DNA from: Lepidodermella squamata
Taxonomy: Eukaryota > Animalia > Gastrotricha
Assembly (NCBI GenBank): GCA_047495785.1
Contig: JBLDXI010000054.1
Coordinates: 2,542,001 to 2,606,000, forward strand
Direction of reading: 5' to 3'
DNA length: 64,000 nt
The notes under the pieces were generated by a model. The model was given only the letters and a program-made list of their open reading frames with translations, ran no database searches and was not told the origin of the DNA. Both the position numbers and the translations under genes were made by a program. How positions within the stretch are numbered: position 1 is the stretch's first letter; every line of letters starts with the position of its first letter. Positions 37,382 to 50,608 of the stretch are shown here, one piece after another.

Positions 37382-39887
37382 TTACCCACGAGGAGTTGAG
37401 CCGTTTAATAATCGGTCTCGTAAGTCAGAGACAAGAGGTGAGTGAGTCTCTGACAAGTGGTAAATGTAAGGTATTGAACGGTAATGTTCCGATACTAAAG
37501 CCCGAAAAATCTCTGATGACTTGGGAAATAACGCCAACATACACCTTTTTTCCTTTGCAATTTCATTATTTTTATTAAAGAAACACGCGTTTATTTTTTC
37601 ATGATCATCAGCGTATTCATTCAATTCATTTTCTTACTTTTTTCTACCGAAGAATTTACTCGATCTTCGAAGGTTCGCTGTATGCGAATACGAAACCCGA
37701 ATGGGATGAATTATATATCAAATTGAAGCTAGATATATAATCTATCCAAATATGCGATCAGATTGACAAAATTATTATGTGTTTCGCAGAAACTAAGGAG
37801 TAAGTAGAATTAACTGCAAAGATGTTATCCTTGGGTAGTTTTTAGATTTTATAGGTATAAGGCCCCTCCCTCCTCCCCAAAAATGATTAGAACAATCAGG
37901 CGAAGGTGATATCTCGAGTAGAAGCGATAGAAACTCAACAAATTTGGCTTTAGTAGCATTTTGGGCAATAGCTTACGCGGGTGCTGAGGTAGTTTTCACA
38001 AATATTGCTTTGGTTTCATCATGAAATGATTAAATTAGCGAAGACTAAGTAATAGAATAGTTCCTTAGTAGTTATCTGTTGAAAAATAAACATCATTGTA
38101 GGTAAAATCAGAAGAAACTTTCCGATCAACCAGTTGGCTAAAACGTTGAATACATTCAAGAGCAAAATGGCATCGAGTATTCTAATTTGACAGCTAGATA
38201 GATCGAATCTCTAGCTTCAATTTGATATATAATTCATCCCATTCAGGTTTCGTATTCGCATACAGCGAACCTTCGAAGATCGAGTAAATTCTTCGGTAGA
38301 AAAAAGTAAGAAAATGAATTGAATGAATACGCTGATGATCATGAAAAAATAAACGCGTTTTTCTTTAATAAAAATAATGAAATTGCAAAGGAAAAAAGGT
38401 GTAGCGTAGACCTTCGACAAATGATCATCGGCACCGGGATTGGCGCGGGCCAGTTTGAGAAGAGCTATCTCGTACCGCATTCGCAAACTCATAACGGCAT
38501 CTCTATCTTTCAGTTCCAAGCCATCTGGAAAATTCAAGATCAATAACCAATAATATAAAATTGATGAATCCGAACCTGAATTAAGGCAGCAAAGTGCGCA
38601 GAATATCGCAAACTCTTCGATTCGGGTGATTGTTGTTACCATCAAATTGCCGGCTTCAACTAGCAACCGTCTGTTTTCCGCAAACAGCTTGCGCATACGC
38701 TCGGCGACCGTCAGTCCGTCATCGCCTCGTTCAATTGATTCACATCTCCCTCCGATTAAGTTCTCGAAAATTTCTTGGGATTGCTCGTCTGCGATCGAGA
38801 ATACGACCGCTTTCTGCTCTTGTACGTTGAATGCAAGTGAATTTTGAGCAATAGCAACAGGGAAGAAGGCCTCGGCGAATAGAAGAGTTCTGTCATGCAA
38901 ATCAATCTGGTAGATACCGGGCAGGGAGAGGAAGAAATTGCTGATGTAAGTCATGTAATCTTCAAACGACTTTAATCGGACTAGGAACACTTCTTCGACA
39001 GTCGCGTCTAGAGTAAATATAATCTTAATATCACTTATCGGAGCTAGATGAGCTGCTGATGCGACGAGACGAGAGATGAGGAGATTGTAATCTTCTGGGA
39101 ATTCGACGTTTTTGCACGAATCCGTTGACGTTTGAGAATCTGAATTTTGGATTGACGGAGTTAGGACGGCATTCTTATCAGTGTTTTTTCTTGAGCGTGC
39201 GACAGCAGTTCTCAATAGCTTTCCATGAGTTGCCATGTTTTGAATCGCTGCCTTGAGGTCGACTCGGTTCACCTGATTCTTATCGAGAGTCATGCCTGCA
39301 TCAATGCACCGTTGTAGACGACACTTGCGACAACTTGAGGTGTGTGGGCAAAGTTCGGTATTGCCAGCTCGAGATTTGCAAATGTATTCCAGCTTAAAGG
39401 TACCTCTCATCGACCTTCGGAAGAAGATCTTGCAGCTGTAGCATGCCACTACACCATAATGAACACCGGAGCCTATAAAATGATATTGAGGAATACTTCA
39501 TCAAGGACTTGAAGTAAAAATCTCACTTGAAGAGCCACAGATTACGCACGGAATCTTTGAAGCATCCCCGCAACGACCATGAAGCACTGGCTTTCGAGAG
39601 GAAGCGCCTGAAGAATCCTGCCGCGGGTTTCTTCCTCGAACTGTTTCTTTGCACAGCTGCAGTCGACAGTAACGGCAGCCAAGGATGTGTTCTGATCCAA
39701 TTCCAAGGCCGTAATTAGCGCAAATATCAATAGTAGCATTTTTGTAACGGCTTAGGAATCTTTGACACGCTTCGCAGAGCAGAGAGCTATTGACAGCTGC
39801 CAGCTGCTTAGCCGTCGGTTTTTTGCTCAGGGTTACTGGTGATCGATTGCAGACTTTGCATGGTGCATCGAGTTTGAATAGTGGCAT
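37382..39887 (-). pseudogene. Two-DBD nuclear receptor NR6, last exon interrupted by a MITE
   Basis: DBD1 CEACQRF, DBD2 CYSCKIFFRRS, LBD. Removing 37542-38401 plus one TA restores LSKVYA-MLALFPKSSEIF..HSPLVSDL, collinear with paralogs. Confidence 0.85.
37542..38401. mobile_element. Non-autonomous DNA transposon (MITE), 860 bp, ~190-bp terminal inverted repeats, TA target-site duplication (Tc1/mariner-type target)
   Basis: TA|CACCTTTTTTCCTTTGCAATTTC... and ...GAAATTGCAAAGGAAAAAAGGTG|TA; near-identical arms ~37542-37733 and ~38210-38401; no transposase ORF. Confidence 0.93.
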
Positions 39888-40022
39888 TCTTATAAGTTTT
39901 CTAATAAACAGATAAAGACAGGAATAATCGAATTCAGGTTACCGGAACAGATTCATTTATCAGCGTTACATTGGCAATATTATTGCTATCTTCAGATTTA
40001 CACAGATTCAAAAAAAGATTCA

Positions 40023-41871
40023 TCACACACTGCTGGCAAACTGTTTTTTGAAGTCAAGCACGAGTGGGGAGTGATAAGCGGCTATTTCATGCATTACCGG
40101 CGTGATTGGCGAGTGATCAGTGAACTTAGCTCGGAATATAGTTGTTGCTGTCGGGTAATAATCTAACATAGCGTATATTTGCGACAAGCGACTGTCCGCA
40201 TTAGGTTTGCCCCGAACAATCCTGATCAGAGCCGTTTCGTACCGCATACGCAGATCGAGTACTACGCTTGGCTGTTTCAAGCCTGTCACATCTGTCAGCA
40301 GGAATTCGAATGAAATGAAAGAAAATTCATAAATTTATACCTGATTTGAGGCAAAGCAATGCGCAAAATAGGGCGAATTCGTCAATTTTCGATAAGCTCG
40401 TTGCCATCATGTTACCAGCTTTTAGGAAAAGCGCTTGTAGCTCCTGATGCTGCCGGCATACAAGACTCCTCTCGGGGTCATAACCTCCGCTCTCGTCAAA
40501 GTTAGCAGATGCTATCAGTTTTCTCATAAGTTCTATCGATTCACCGGGAGCTAACGACATGTAATTCATGTGCTGTGTCTCAACGTCGAATTCAAGTGAA
40601 AGCTGGGCGACTAAAACTGGGAAGACGCCCTGCGTGAAGAGAACCATTTTATCATCGAACTGAATTTCGTAGATTCCAGGCAGTGAGAGAAAAAATTCGC
40701 TCACGCATTTGAGATAAACCTCAAATGATGCCAGACGAAACCTGATCGCCTCATGGAGAGTTGTTTCCTCCGTAATGGTTATACGGACATCGCTAATAGG
40801 AGCCAGATACGCCGCTGATTTGACGACTTGTACTAACAAGCTTTCTATCTCGCTTGGAAACTCCACCAAAGGAAGAGATGTAGATGAAGCTAATGATGCA
40901 GAGCTGATTCCTTGATCAATCGAGACGTTACTAACACTAATTTGGAGATTCGAGTGGTTAGAAACTTCGAGAGATTCATTTTTCGGCGGTTCATCCGTCG
41001 GCTCTCTGTCTCTACGGCGAGTCACCGTATTAAGCAGCTTGCCATCATTGGCAGCTTTACGGATAGCTAATTTGATCTCAATTTGTTTATTGAGAGTTGC
41101 GCCACGAGGAGCGACGTCGCCTAAAGTCATTCCAGCTTCGCGACATCGCTGTAACCGACACTTCCGGCAATTCGATTTGGCAGGGCACAGCTCGCCTTTG
41201 CCTGATAGCCCTTTACAAAGGTACTCCAGTTTGAAGTTATGACGAACAGTTCGGCGAAAGAATATCTTGCATCCATCACAAGAAACGACACCATAATGAA
41301 CCCCCGAGCCTGCAATTTGATAATATATCATGTAAATCACGCGGATTGTGATATTATGGTTTTGCAATTTTCATGTTATCATAGCTAATACAACGGTAGG
41401 CCATAAAAAGACCGGCATCTGTCAGGTGAGCAAAATGGGGCCTCGGAAAAAAGCAGTATTGGGACACATTAGACCACATGCACCTATTTTTGATGGGCTC
41501 CGAGTGTTTAAATTCATAAACTTACTGGAGCATTCGCAAATGGTACATGGAACTTTAGAAAAGTCGATTCGACCGTCTCCACTGTTTTCCTCGGTATCAA
41601 TGATTTTCCTCTGATCAATAACAGCCTGGCAGTGTTGAAATCGGCAATAACGGCAAGAATTTGTATGTTCAACTTCAGGGCTCCGATCGCTTCGGTAGTG
41701 TTCACAAACATCCATGGCCGCATTTTTATATCGAGTCCAAAATTTGCGGCAAGCTTCGCAGATAATATTGTCTCTAAGAGATTCAAGCTGATCGACAGAT
41801 GGCTTCTTCCGGAATGTGATAGGCGATCTCTTACAAACTTGACATTCGGCGTCAAATATGAATGGGGCCAT
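40023..41871 (-). CDS. Two-DBD nuclear receptor NR7 (3 exons)
   Basis: [25 protein letters not shown]; [19 protein letters not shown]; LBD FFLSLPG; last exon HSPLVLDF. Confidence 0.9.
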
Positions 41872-42396
41872 CGTCCAGTATCGCAAGTATTTAATAAAAA
41901 ATATCTAAAAATGGAATGGCATTAGCATCCACTCATACATTATTGTTTATTTATCAAGAAACATGATCGTTTGCATGTGCATTGGCTCCTTTTTGCTCGA
42001 AGAAACAGCAATTAGACTAGATAAATTTGTCCAGAAACAACAAGTTCAGAATGCAGGTAAAACAAAAGACATAATGGCTGGTGCAAAACATAATCGGACA
42101 ATTACTTCATCTTAATGATATCGAGGAGAAAATCCTATAATCTCATTGTGCTACAATTAGACATTTTTCCAATTATACCGCAATTGCTCGAAAAGAAACC
42201 CAGGGTTCAGGGGTCAAACCAATTAAAAAAATAAAAACTTGAATGATTTTCCAGCTGTGAATTTTCTCTTCTTTCTTCTTCCAGATTTGTAGGGTGCGGC
42301 CTTCTGCGGGAAAAAATACGGTAATTCTATCATTTTTTGAATTAAATATTAATTTGCTTTACACATTATTCCCTGCATTATTATAAAGCATTATTA

Positions 42397-44098
42397 TCAC
42401 ACAGTCTCAACAAACTGTCGTTTGAAGTCTTGCAGAAGAGGGGAATGACATGCTGCTAACTCATTCTTCGGTGGTGAGATTCGGGCGTGATCACGCATCT
42501 TTTCTCGGAAGATAACCGAGGCTGTCGGGTAATACCCGAGCATGGAGTAAATCCGCGACAAACGTCTATCCGCGTTCGGCTTGCTCCGAACAAACCTGAT
42601 CAAAGCAGATTCGTACCGCATCCTGAGATCTAGAATTGCGCTAGGCCGCTTTAAGCCTGCAACATCTGTGAAATGATAAGGGAATCAGACAGCCGGAATA
42701 GAGAAATCCTGAAAAATACCTGATTTAAGGCAAAGCAAAGCGCAAAATAGAGCGAATTCGTTTATTTCCGATATGTTGCTTGCCATCATAGTGCCAGCTT
42801 TAAGCAAGAGCGCTTCCAACTGCTCTTGATGCCGGCGATAAAGATAACTTAACTCAGGGAAATCGCCGTAACTCTCCATTAAGGCAGAAGCTTCTACCAT
42901 TCGTTTAAACAATCCTACTGATTCACCCGGCGCTATCGACATGTAATTCATGCGTTGTGTCGCGGCGTCAAATTCTAGCGATAACTGAGCGAGTACAACC
43001 GGGAAGAAGCCCTGTGTGAATAGAGCCATTTTGTCCTCGAGCGGAATTTCGTTGATACCAGGCAGAGAAAGGAAAAAATCGCTCATGCATTTTAGATAGA
43101 TCTCAGCAGATTCCAAACGTAGCTTGAATACCTCCTGCATTGTCGTGTCCCGCGTGATGTAAATGCGGACGTTGCTGATTGGGGCCAGATATGCCGCCGA
43201 TTTAATGACGTGCGCTAAGAGGTTATCAGTCCCAATACTTGGAAATTGCATAATCTGGATGGGATTCGATGAAACAGGCGAGATTGAGCGAATTCTGTGA
43301 TCTATCGATGATGTGCTACCACTCGTTTGAGGGATCGACTGGTTTGAACCTTCGTGGGAATCGTGTTTCAGCGGTTCCGCAGTCAAGCCTTTATGCCGCC
43401 GATAGGTAACTGTGCTGAGCAACCTACCATCTTTTGCTGCCTTACGGATGGCTAATTTGATCTCGATCTTTTGTTTGAGAGGTGCGCCACGAGGAGCGAC
43501 GTCGCCTAATGTCATTCCAGCATCGCGGCATCGCTGTAACCGACACTTCCGGCAGTTAGATTCGGCAGGGCACATCTCGTCTTTGCCTGATAGCATTCTG
43601 CAGAGGTACTCCAGCTTGAACTTATGGCGAACAGATCGTCGAAAAAATATCTTGCAGCCATCACAAGAAATGACGCCGTAATGAACGCCCGAGCCTGAAA
43701 TTTGATATTAATTGCTTTCATTTTCGGATCAGACTTCTTAACTTACTAGAGCAGCCGCATATATTACAAGGAACTTTGGAAAAATCTGTTCGGCCATCGA
43801 GGTTCTGTTCGGGATCCGCGAGGGCGTTGAACTTTCTCTGATCAATAACAGCCTGGCAGTTTTGCAGACGACAATAACGGCAAGAATTTGTATGCTCGAC
43901 TTCAGGTGTCCTGTCGCTTTGGTACAGTAGACAAACATCCAGGGATGCATTTTTATAACGGGTCCAAAATTTGCGGCAAGCTTCGCAGATTAGATTGTCC
44001 CTCAGAGATTCAAGTTGATCGATAGGTGGCGTCTTCCGGAATGTAATAGGTGACCTTTTGCAAACTTGACACTCGGCGTCGAATGTGAATGGAGCCAT
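42397..44098 (-). CDS. Two-DBD nuclear receptor NR8 (3 exons)
   Basis: Same architecture; ORFs 43718..44098, 42685..43596 and 42397..42621 joined by GT-AG introns at conserved sites. Confidence 0.9.
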
Positions 44099-44366
44099 CG
44101 CAAGTGTTCAATATAAACCTAAAAATGAGCAGCAATACAAATATTATAATAAAAGAGAAAATTAAATTTCATTGTGCTATCATTAGAAATTATTTACAAT
44201 AATAGGTACCATAATTTTTCAAACAGAAACTCAGTCACTGGTAATCAATCGCTCATTCATCATAACAGCCGAGGGTTGAGGGGTCAAGTTGGTTAGAAAA
44301 CATAAAAAACGAGCGATTTTCGAATTTTGATGAGGGTGCGATAAAAATCGTCGCACAAAAGTATCA

Positions 44367-46082
44367 TCACACATTGTTAGCGAACTGTCGCTTAAAGTCT
44401 TGCACTAGTGGCGATTGCAATGCAGCTAATTCATGCTTTAATGGTGAGATTCGGGCTTGGTCACGGAGCTTAGCTCGAAAGACAGCTGTAGCGGTCGGGT
44501 AATACTCGAGCATTGAGTATATTTGCGACAAACGCCCATCCGCATTCGGTTTGCCCCGAACAATCCTGATCAGAGCAGATTCGTATCGCATCCGAAGATC
44601 AAGAATAGTACTAGGATGCTCTAAGCCTGCAACATCTGTAGAAAATAACAGAAAATTAGAATCTGAAAGAAGGAAATGAGCGAAGCTAATACCTTGTTTA
44701 AGGCAAAGCAATGCGCAAAATAGGGCAAATTCGTTTATTTCTGTTATGCTTGTTGCCATCATATTACCAGCTTGTAACAAGAGCGCTTCCAACTGCTCTT
44801 CATGCTGTATATATAGAGAATTCACTTCGAGGTTACCAGCGTCGCTCTCAGTTAGAGCAGCAGTTTGAACCAATCGTTTGTAACATTCTACTGAATCAGG
44901 TGCAATCGACATGTAATTCATGCGCTGCGTCGCAACGTCGAATTCAAGCGATAACTGGGCTATTAGAACCGGAAAAACGCCCTGTGTGAAGAGAACCATT
45001 TTGTCACCGAGCGGAAATTCGTTAATACCAGGCAAGGAGAGAAAAAAATCGCTGATGCTCTTGAGAAATATCTCGGCCGCTTCCATACGTAACTTGAATA
45101 ACTCGTGAATAGTCGTATCCTGCGAGACGTGGATACATACCTTACTGATCGGGGCCAGATATGCCGCGGATTTGATGACGTGGGCTGAGAGACTCTCTAT
45201 TTCGCTTGGAAATTGTATAACTTGGATGGAATTCGACGACACAGGTGAGATGGAGGCTATTTCTTGATCGATCGATATTGAGCTACCACTCGTTTGAGGA
45301 ATCGACTGATTTGAAACTTCGGGAGATTCGTGTTTCAGCGGTTCCGCAGTCAAGTCTTTATGCCTCCGATGGGTAACCGTATTAAGCAGCTTTCCATCAT
45401 TAGCAGCCTTACGGATAGCTAATTTGATCTCCATCTTTTTCGTCAATGGAGCCCAACGTGAAGCGACATCGCCCAAAGTCATTCCAGCATCGCGGCATCG
45501 CTGCAAACGACACTTTCGGCAATTTGATTTGGCTGGGCATAGCTCGCCTTTGCCTGACAGCCCTTTACAGAGGTAATCCAGTTTGAAGTTATGACGAACA
45601 GTTCGTCGAAAAAATATCTTGCATCCATCACAAGAAACGACGCCATAATGAACACCTGAGCCTATTATTTATTCGTTTTTAGATTTATTTTCAGTTCATA
45701 GACTCGATAACTTACTAGAGCAGCCGCAAATGTTACAAGGAACTTTGGAAAATTCGATTCGGCCATTTATGTTGGCTACGTCGCAGTTCTGTTCAGTATC
45801 CACAAGCGTACAGAACTTTCTCTGATCAATAACAGCCTGGCAGTGTTGAAAGCGGCAATAACGGCAAGAAGTTGTATGTTCGACCTCAGGTTGCTTGTCC
45901 CTTTGGTAATGCTGGCAAACATCCATGGTCGCATTTTTATAACGGGTCCAAAATTTGCGGCAAGCTTCGCAGATTATATTGCCTTTAAGAGACTCAATTT
46001 GCTCGTCAGATTGCTTCTTCCGGAATGTAATAGGTGACCTTTTGCAAACTTGACATTCGGCGTCAAATATGAATGGGGACAT
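44367..46082 (-). CDS. Two-DBD nuclear receptor NR9 (3 exons)
   Basis: Same architecture; CEACRK and CDGCKI P-boxes; QSPLVQDF C-terminus. Confidence 0.9.
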
Positions 46083-46495
46083 CGGTGAGAATCAAAATTC
46101 GGTATAAAAAATCTAAAATGAATTGGCCAAGATCTTAACGTGAAGATCAGAAAGAAGGAACGGAAAAGAAGGTTCGACCGGTTCTATCGATAAAGGCGGC
46201 TTCGAATATACCCTAATTACCATATCGTGAATTTCAAATTAACATGATAAGAATAAGATTGGAAACTTATGTTTTATGTCCAAGGTTAGTGATGAGTCTT
46301 TGCATAATGAGTCAAGTTACTAGGTTAGCATCCCGATATACGATATAGAAACCGATATAGAAACCGCACAAATGAAGATCCACAGTGAAATTATATTTCA
46401 TTCAATATTCATTTGTTAATCCTTTCAGCCATAACTCTTTTGAATTCTATAGTAATTTTGATGTAAATTAACTAAAATTGCCGCAACAAAATTCA

Positions 46496-48202
46496 TCACA
46501 CAATGTTTGCAAACTGTCTTCTGAAGTCAAACACAAGAGGGGAATGCATTGCTGTTAATTCATTCAACATCAGGGTGATTCGGGAGTGATCACGGAGCTT
46601 ATCTCGAAACACAGCTGTTGCTGTCGGGTAATACTCAAGCATTGCGTAAATTCGTGACAAACGTCCATCCGCATTCGGCCTGCTACGAACGACCCTGATG
46701 AGAGCAGTTTCGTAGCGCAGGCGAAGATCAAACACTGCTCTTGGCTGCTTCAAGCCAGCAGCATCTGTAGAAAGTTAGCGGGAACTAGAACGCCTAATGA
46801 GAAAGAAAGTGGATACATACCTTGTTTAAGACAAAGCAGACTGCAAAATAGGGCGAATTCGTCTATCTCTGATATGCTTGTAGCCATCATGTTACCCGCT
46901 TTTAACAAGAGAGCATCTAACTGCTCTTCATGCTGCCGATAGCGAGATTTCCTCTCAGGGGTATCAACGTCGCCATCCATGATAGCAGCAGTTTCAATCA
47001 TTCTTTTGAAGTATTCTTCTGATTCACCAGGGGCAATCGACATGTAATTCGCACATTGTGTTGCCAGGTCGAATTCGAGCGATAACTGGGCAATTACAAC
47101 CGGGAAGAAGCCCTGCGTGAAAAGAACCATTTTGTCCTCTAGGTAGATTTCGTTGAATCCAGGCAGAGAAAGCAGAAAATCGCTGGCACATTTAAGATAG
47201 ATCTCAACCGAATCCATACGTAGCTTGAATGCCTCATGGAGAGTCGTATCCCGCGTAATGTGTATGCGGACTTTACTGATCGGGGCAAGTTGCGCTGCAG
47301 ATTTTCTTAATTGAGCTAAGAAGTCCTCAATCTCGCTTGCAAATGTCATAGTTTGATTAGAATTCGATGAAGCTTGTGATGCAGAGCTTATTCCGTTATC
47401 GATCGATAAGTTGCTACTACTCGTTTGATGAATCGACGGGTCAACAGTCTTCGGCGGTTTCACGGTCCCGCCTTTAGCCCTCCGGCGAGTAAGCGTATTT
47501 AGTAGTTTGCCATCATCAGCAGCTTTACGAATGGCGACTTTAATCTCAATCTTCTTCCTTAATGAAGTGCTACGAGGAGCGACGTCGCCTAATGTCATTC
47601 CAGCCTCGCGGCATCGTTTCAATCGACAATAACGGCAATTTGAGTTGGCAGGGCACAGTGCGTCTTTGCCTGATAGCCTTTTGCAGACGTATGTCAGTTT
47701 GAAGGTTTGACGAACAGTTCGCCGAAAGAATATCTTGCATCCATCGCAAGAAACGACGCCGTAGTGAACGCCCGAGCCTGCAATTTTCATTAATAATTAC
47801 TTACAATTTATGTATTAATTAGACAATAAACTTACTGGAGCATCCACAAATATTACAAGGAATTTTATGAAAGTCGATTCGGCCTTCGATTTCGACTGCT
47901 TCGCTGATCTCGTCCTTCTCCGCGACGTCATTGAAATTTCTCTGCTCAATAACAGCCTGGCAATGTTGAAAGCGGCAATAACGGCAAGAATTGGTATGTT
48001 CGACCTGGGGTTGTCTATCGCTTCGATACTCTTGACAAACATCCATGGTCGCATTTTTATAACGGTTCCAAAATTTGCGGCAAGCTTCGCAGACCATACT
48101 GCTTCTCTGACATTCAAGTTGATGAGCGGATGGCCTCTTTCTTAATATAATAGGTGATCTCTTACAAACTTGACATTCGGCGTCAAATATAAATGGAGCC
48201 AT
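46496..48202 (-). CDS. Two-DBD nuclear receptor NR10 (3 exons)
   Basis: ORFs 47819..48202, 46750..47790 and 46496..46753; same motifs. Confidence 0.9.
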
Positions 48203-48415
48203 CGATTAGTATCAAAACTTGGTATAAAAAATCTAAAAGTGAATTTCATAAGTGTATCAGCGTGAAGATCAGATAGAAAGAAAATTGGGTAAGACCAAGA
48301 CTATCGATAAAAAGTATTGATGAAAACGGCTTTGAAAACATGCTTAATTTTGTTAAAATGGAATTATTTCTTTCTGCTATAATTCCAACATTAATAATAT
48401 TTATTATATTCAATT

Positions 48416-50170
48416 CTAATGTTCACGAGAATGAACAATGTTTGCAAACTGTCTTTTGAAGTCGAGCACAAGAGGGGTATGTATTGCTGTTAATTCATTC
48501 AACACCGACGAGACCCGGGAGTGATCATGCGAGACTCGGGAGTGATCATGCAGCTTTTCTCGGAAGACAGTTGTAGCTGTCGGGTAATACTCAAGCATAG
48601 CGTAAATTCGCGACAAACGCCCATCGGCATTCGGTTTGGCACGAACGATCCTGATGAGAGCAGTTTCGTACCGCATCCGAAGATCGAACACTGCGCTTGG
48701 CTGCTTTAAGCCAGCGGCATCTTCAGAGAATTCGCGAGAACATAGAATACAAAATGAAAGAAAAACAAACTAAATACCTTGTTTAAGACAAAGCAGACTG
48801 CAAAATAGGGCGAATTCGTCTATCTCTGATATGCTTGTTGCCATCATGTTGCCAGCTTGTAACAAGAGAGCATCTAACTGCTCTTGATGCTGCCGATAAC
48901 GAGATTTCCTCACAGAGGTATCAACATCGCCATCCACGATAGCAGCAGTTTCACACATTCGTTTGAACAATACTTCCGATTCACCAGGTGCAATCGACAT
49001 GTGATTGACACGTTGTGTCGCAACGTCGAATTCCAGCGATAACTGGGCAATTATAAGCGGGAAAAAGCCCTGCGTGAAAATAATCATTTTGTCCTCGAGG
49101 GAAATTTCGTTGATTCCAGGCAGGGAAAGGATAAAATCACTGGCGCATTTAAGATAAGTCTCAAGCGAGTCCATACGTAGCTTGAATGCCTCCTGCTTAG
49201 TCGTATCCCGCGTAATGTATATCCGAACCTTGCTGATCGGGGCAAGATATGCCGCCGATTTGGTGACTTCGAATAAGAGGTTCTCTACGTCGCTTGGAAA
49301 TGTCATCATATGCATATGATTAGCTGAAGATTGTGAGACGGTTGTGACTCCTTGATTAATCGAGACGCTATTTGCACTTGTGTGAGGAATCGAATGACTA
49401 GAAACTTCGGGAGAACCCTGTTTCGGTGGTTCGACAGTCATGCCTCTGGTCCTCCGTCGGGTAACCGAATTCAGCAGCTTGCCATCATTGGCAGCTTTGC
49501 GAATGGCGACCTTGATCTCGTTCTTCTTCCTCAATGAAGTGCTACGAGGTGCAACTTCGCCTAATGTCATTCCAGCATCGCGACATCGCTGTAACCGACA
49601 CTTTCGACAATTTGATTTCGCAGGGCACAGCTTGCCTTTGCCTGATAATCCTTTGCAGACGTATGTCAGTTTGAAGGTTTGACGAACAGTTCGCCGAAAG
49701 AATATCTTACAACCATCACAAGAAACGACACCATAATGAACACCCGTGCCTGCAATATATTTCATATTGGTTCAATTTACGATGAATAGATTCGTGAACT
49801 TACTGGAGCATCCACAGATAGTACAAGGAACTTTGGAGAAGTCGATTCGGCCTTCCGTTTCCGCTGCTTCGCTGTTCCCTTCCGTATCCGCGAGGTCACT
49901 GAACTTTCTCTGGTCAATAATAGCCTGGCAGTGTTGAAAGCGACAATAACGGCAGGAATTGGTATGCTCAACTTCAGGTTGCCGATCGATTCGGTAGTAT
50001 TTACAAACATCCATAGTCGCCTTCTTATAACGGGTCCAGAATTTGCGGCAAGCTTCGCAGATCATATAGTCTCGCAGAGCCTCAAGTTGATCGACAGATG
50101 GCTTTTTCCGGAATATGATAGGTGATCTTTTGCATACTTGACACTCGGCGTTAAAAGTGAATGGTGCCAT
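48416..50170 (-). CDS. Two-DBD nuclear receptor NR11 (3 exons; 21-bp in-frame duplication near the C-terminus)
   Basis: ORFs 49772..50170, 48770..49765 and 48416..48691; HDHSRVS occurs twice. Confidence 0.9.
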
Positions 50171-50608
50171 CGATTAGTATCAATTAATTGCTGTAATAAT
50201 CTAAAAGGGAGGCTATCAATGTACAGACTGGAGAGAAATATGCACTGGACAGCCAGGCCAGCCAGGTACCCAGACGGACCTGTCTTCTGACATTTTAGGG
50301 ATGTTTTCTACCTCAGGCGCGCGTTCAGTCTACGCCTATGTGAAATGTGAAACTCTAACATTTTGAAGTCGTAAGCAGGGAACGAAATTGTAATGAAATC
50401 CTGGGCACGCCTAGCTCGCGGTTGGTGATGGCACTATCAACCCCATGGCTCCCGGCTGTTCACGAATTCATTTGCCACCGCTGAATGACTATTTAAAATC
50501 CAATTTCTCAATATCATCATAGAATTCCTTTTCAGTGAATCATTATTAAGCTGGACATATACGACGAGACCTCAACTTGCGCAGATTTATTGGAGAAATA
50601 AGTTCTTA

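Noticed and set aside
38319-38546. Twin ORFs starting MNEYADDHEKIN (also 37382..37624)
   Set aside because: The shared start comes from the MITE inverted repeats; only the distal part of 37382..37624 is real NR6 coding sequence.
50250-50458. GC-richer spacer segment with weak inverted ends (CAGCCAGGCCAGCCAGG / CATGGCTCCCGGCTG)
   Set aside because: Ends are imperfect and there is no target-site duplication; a MITE call cannot be supported.
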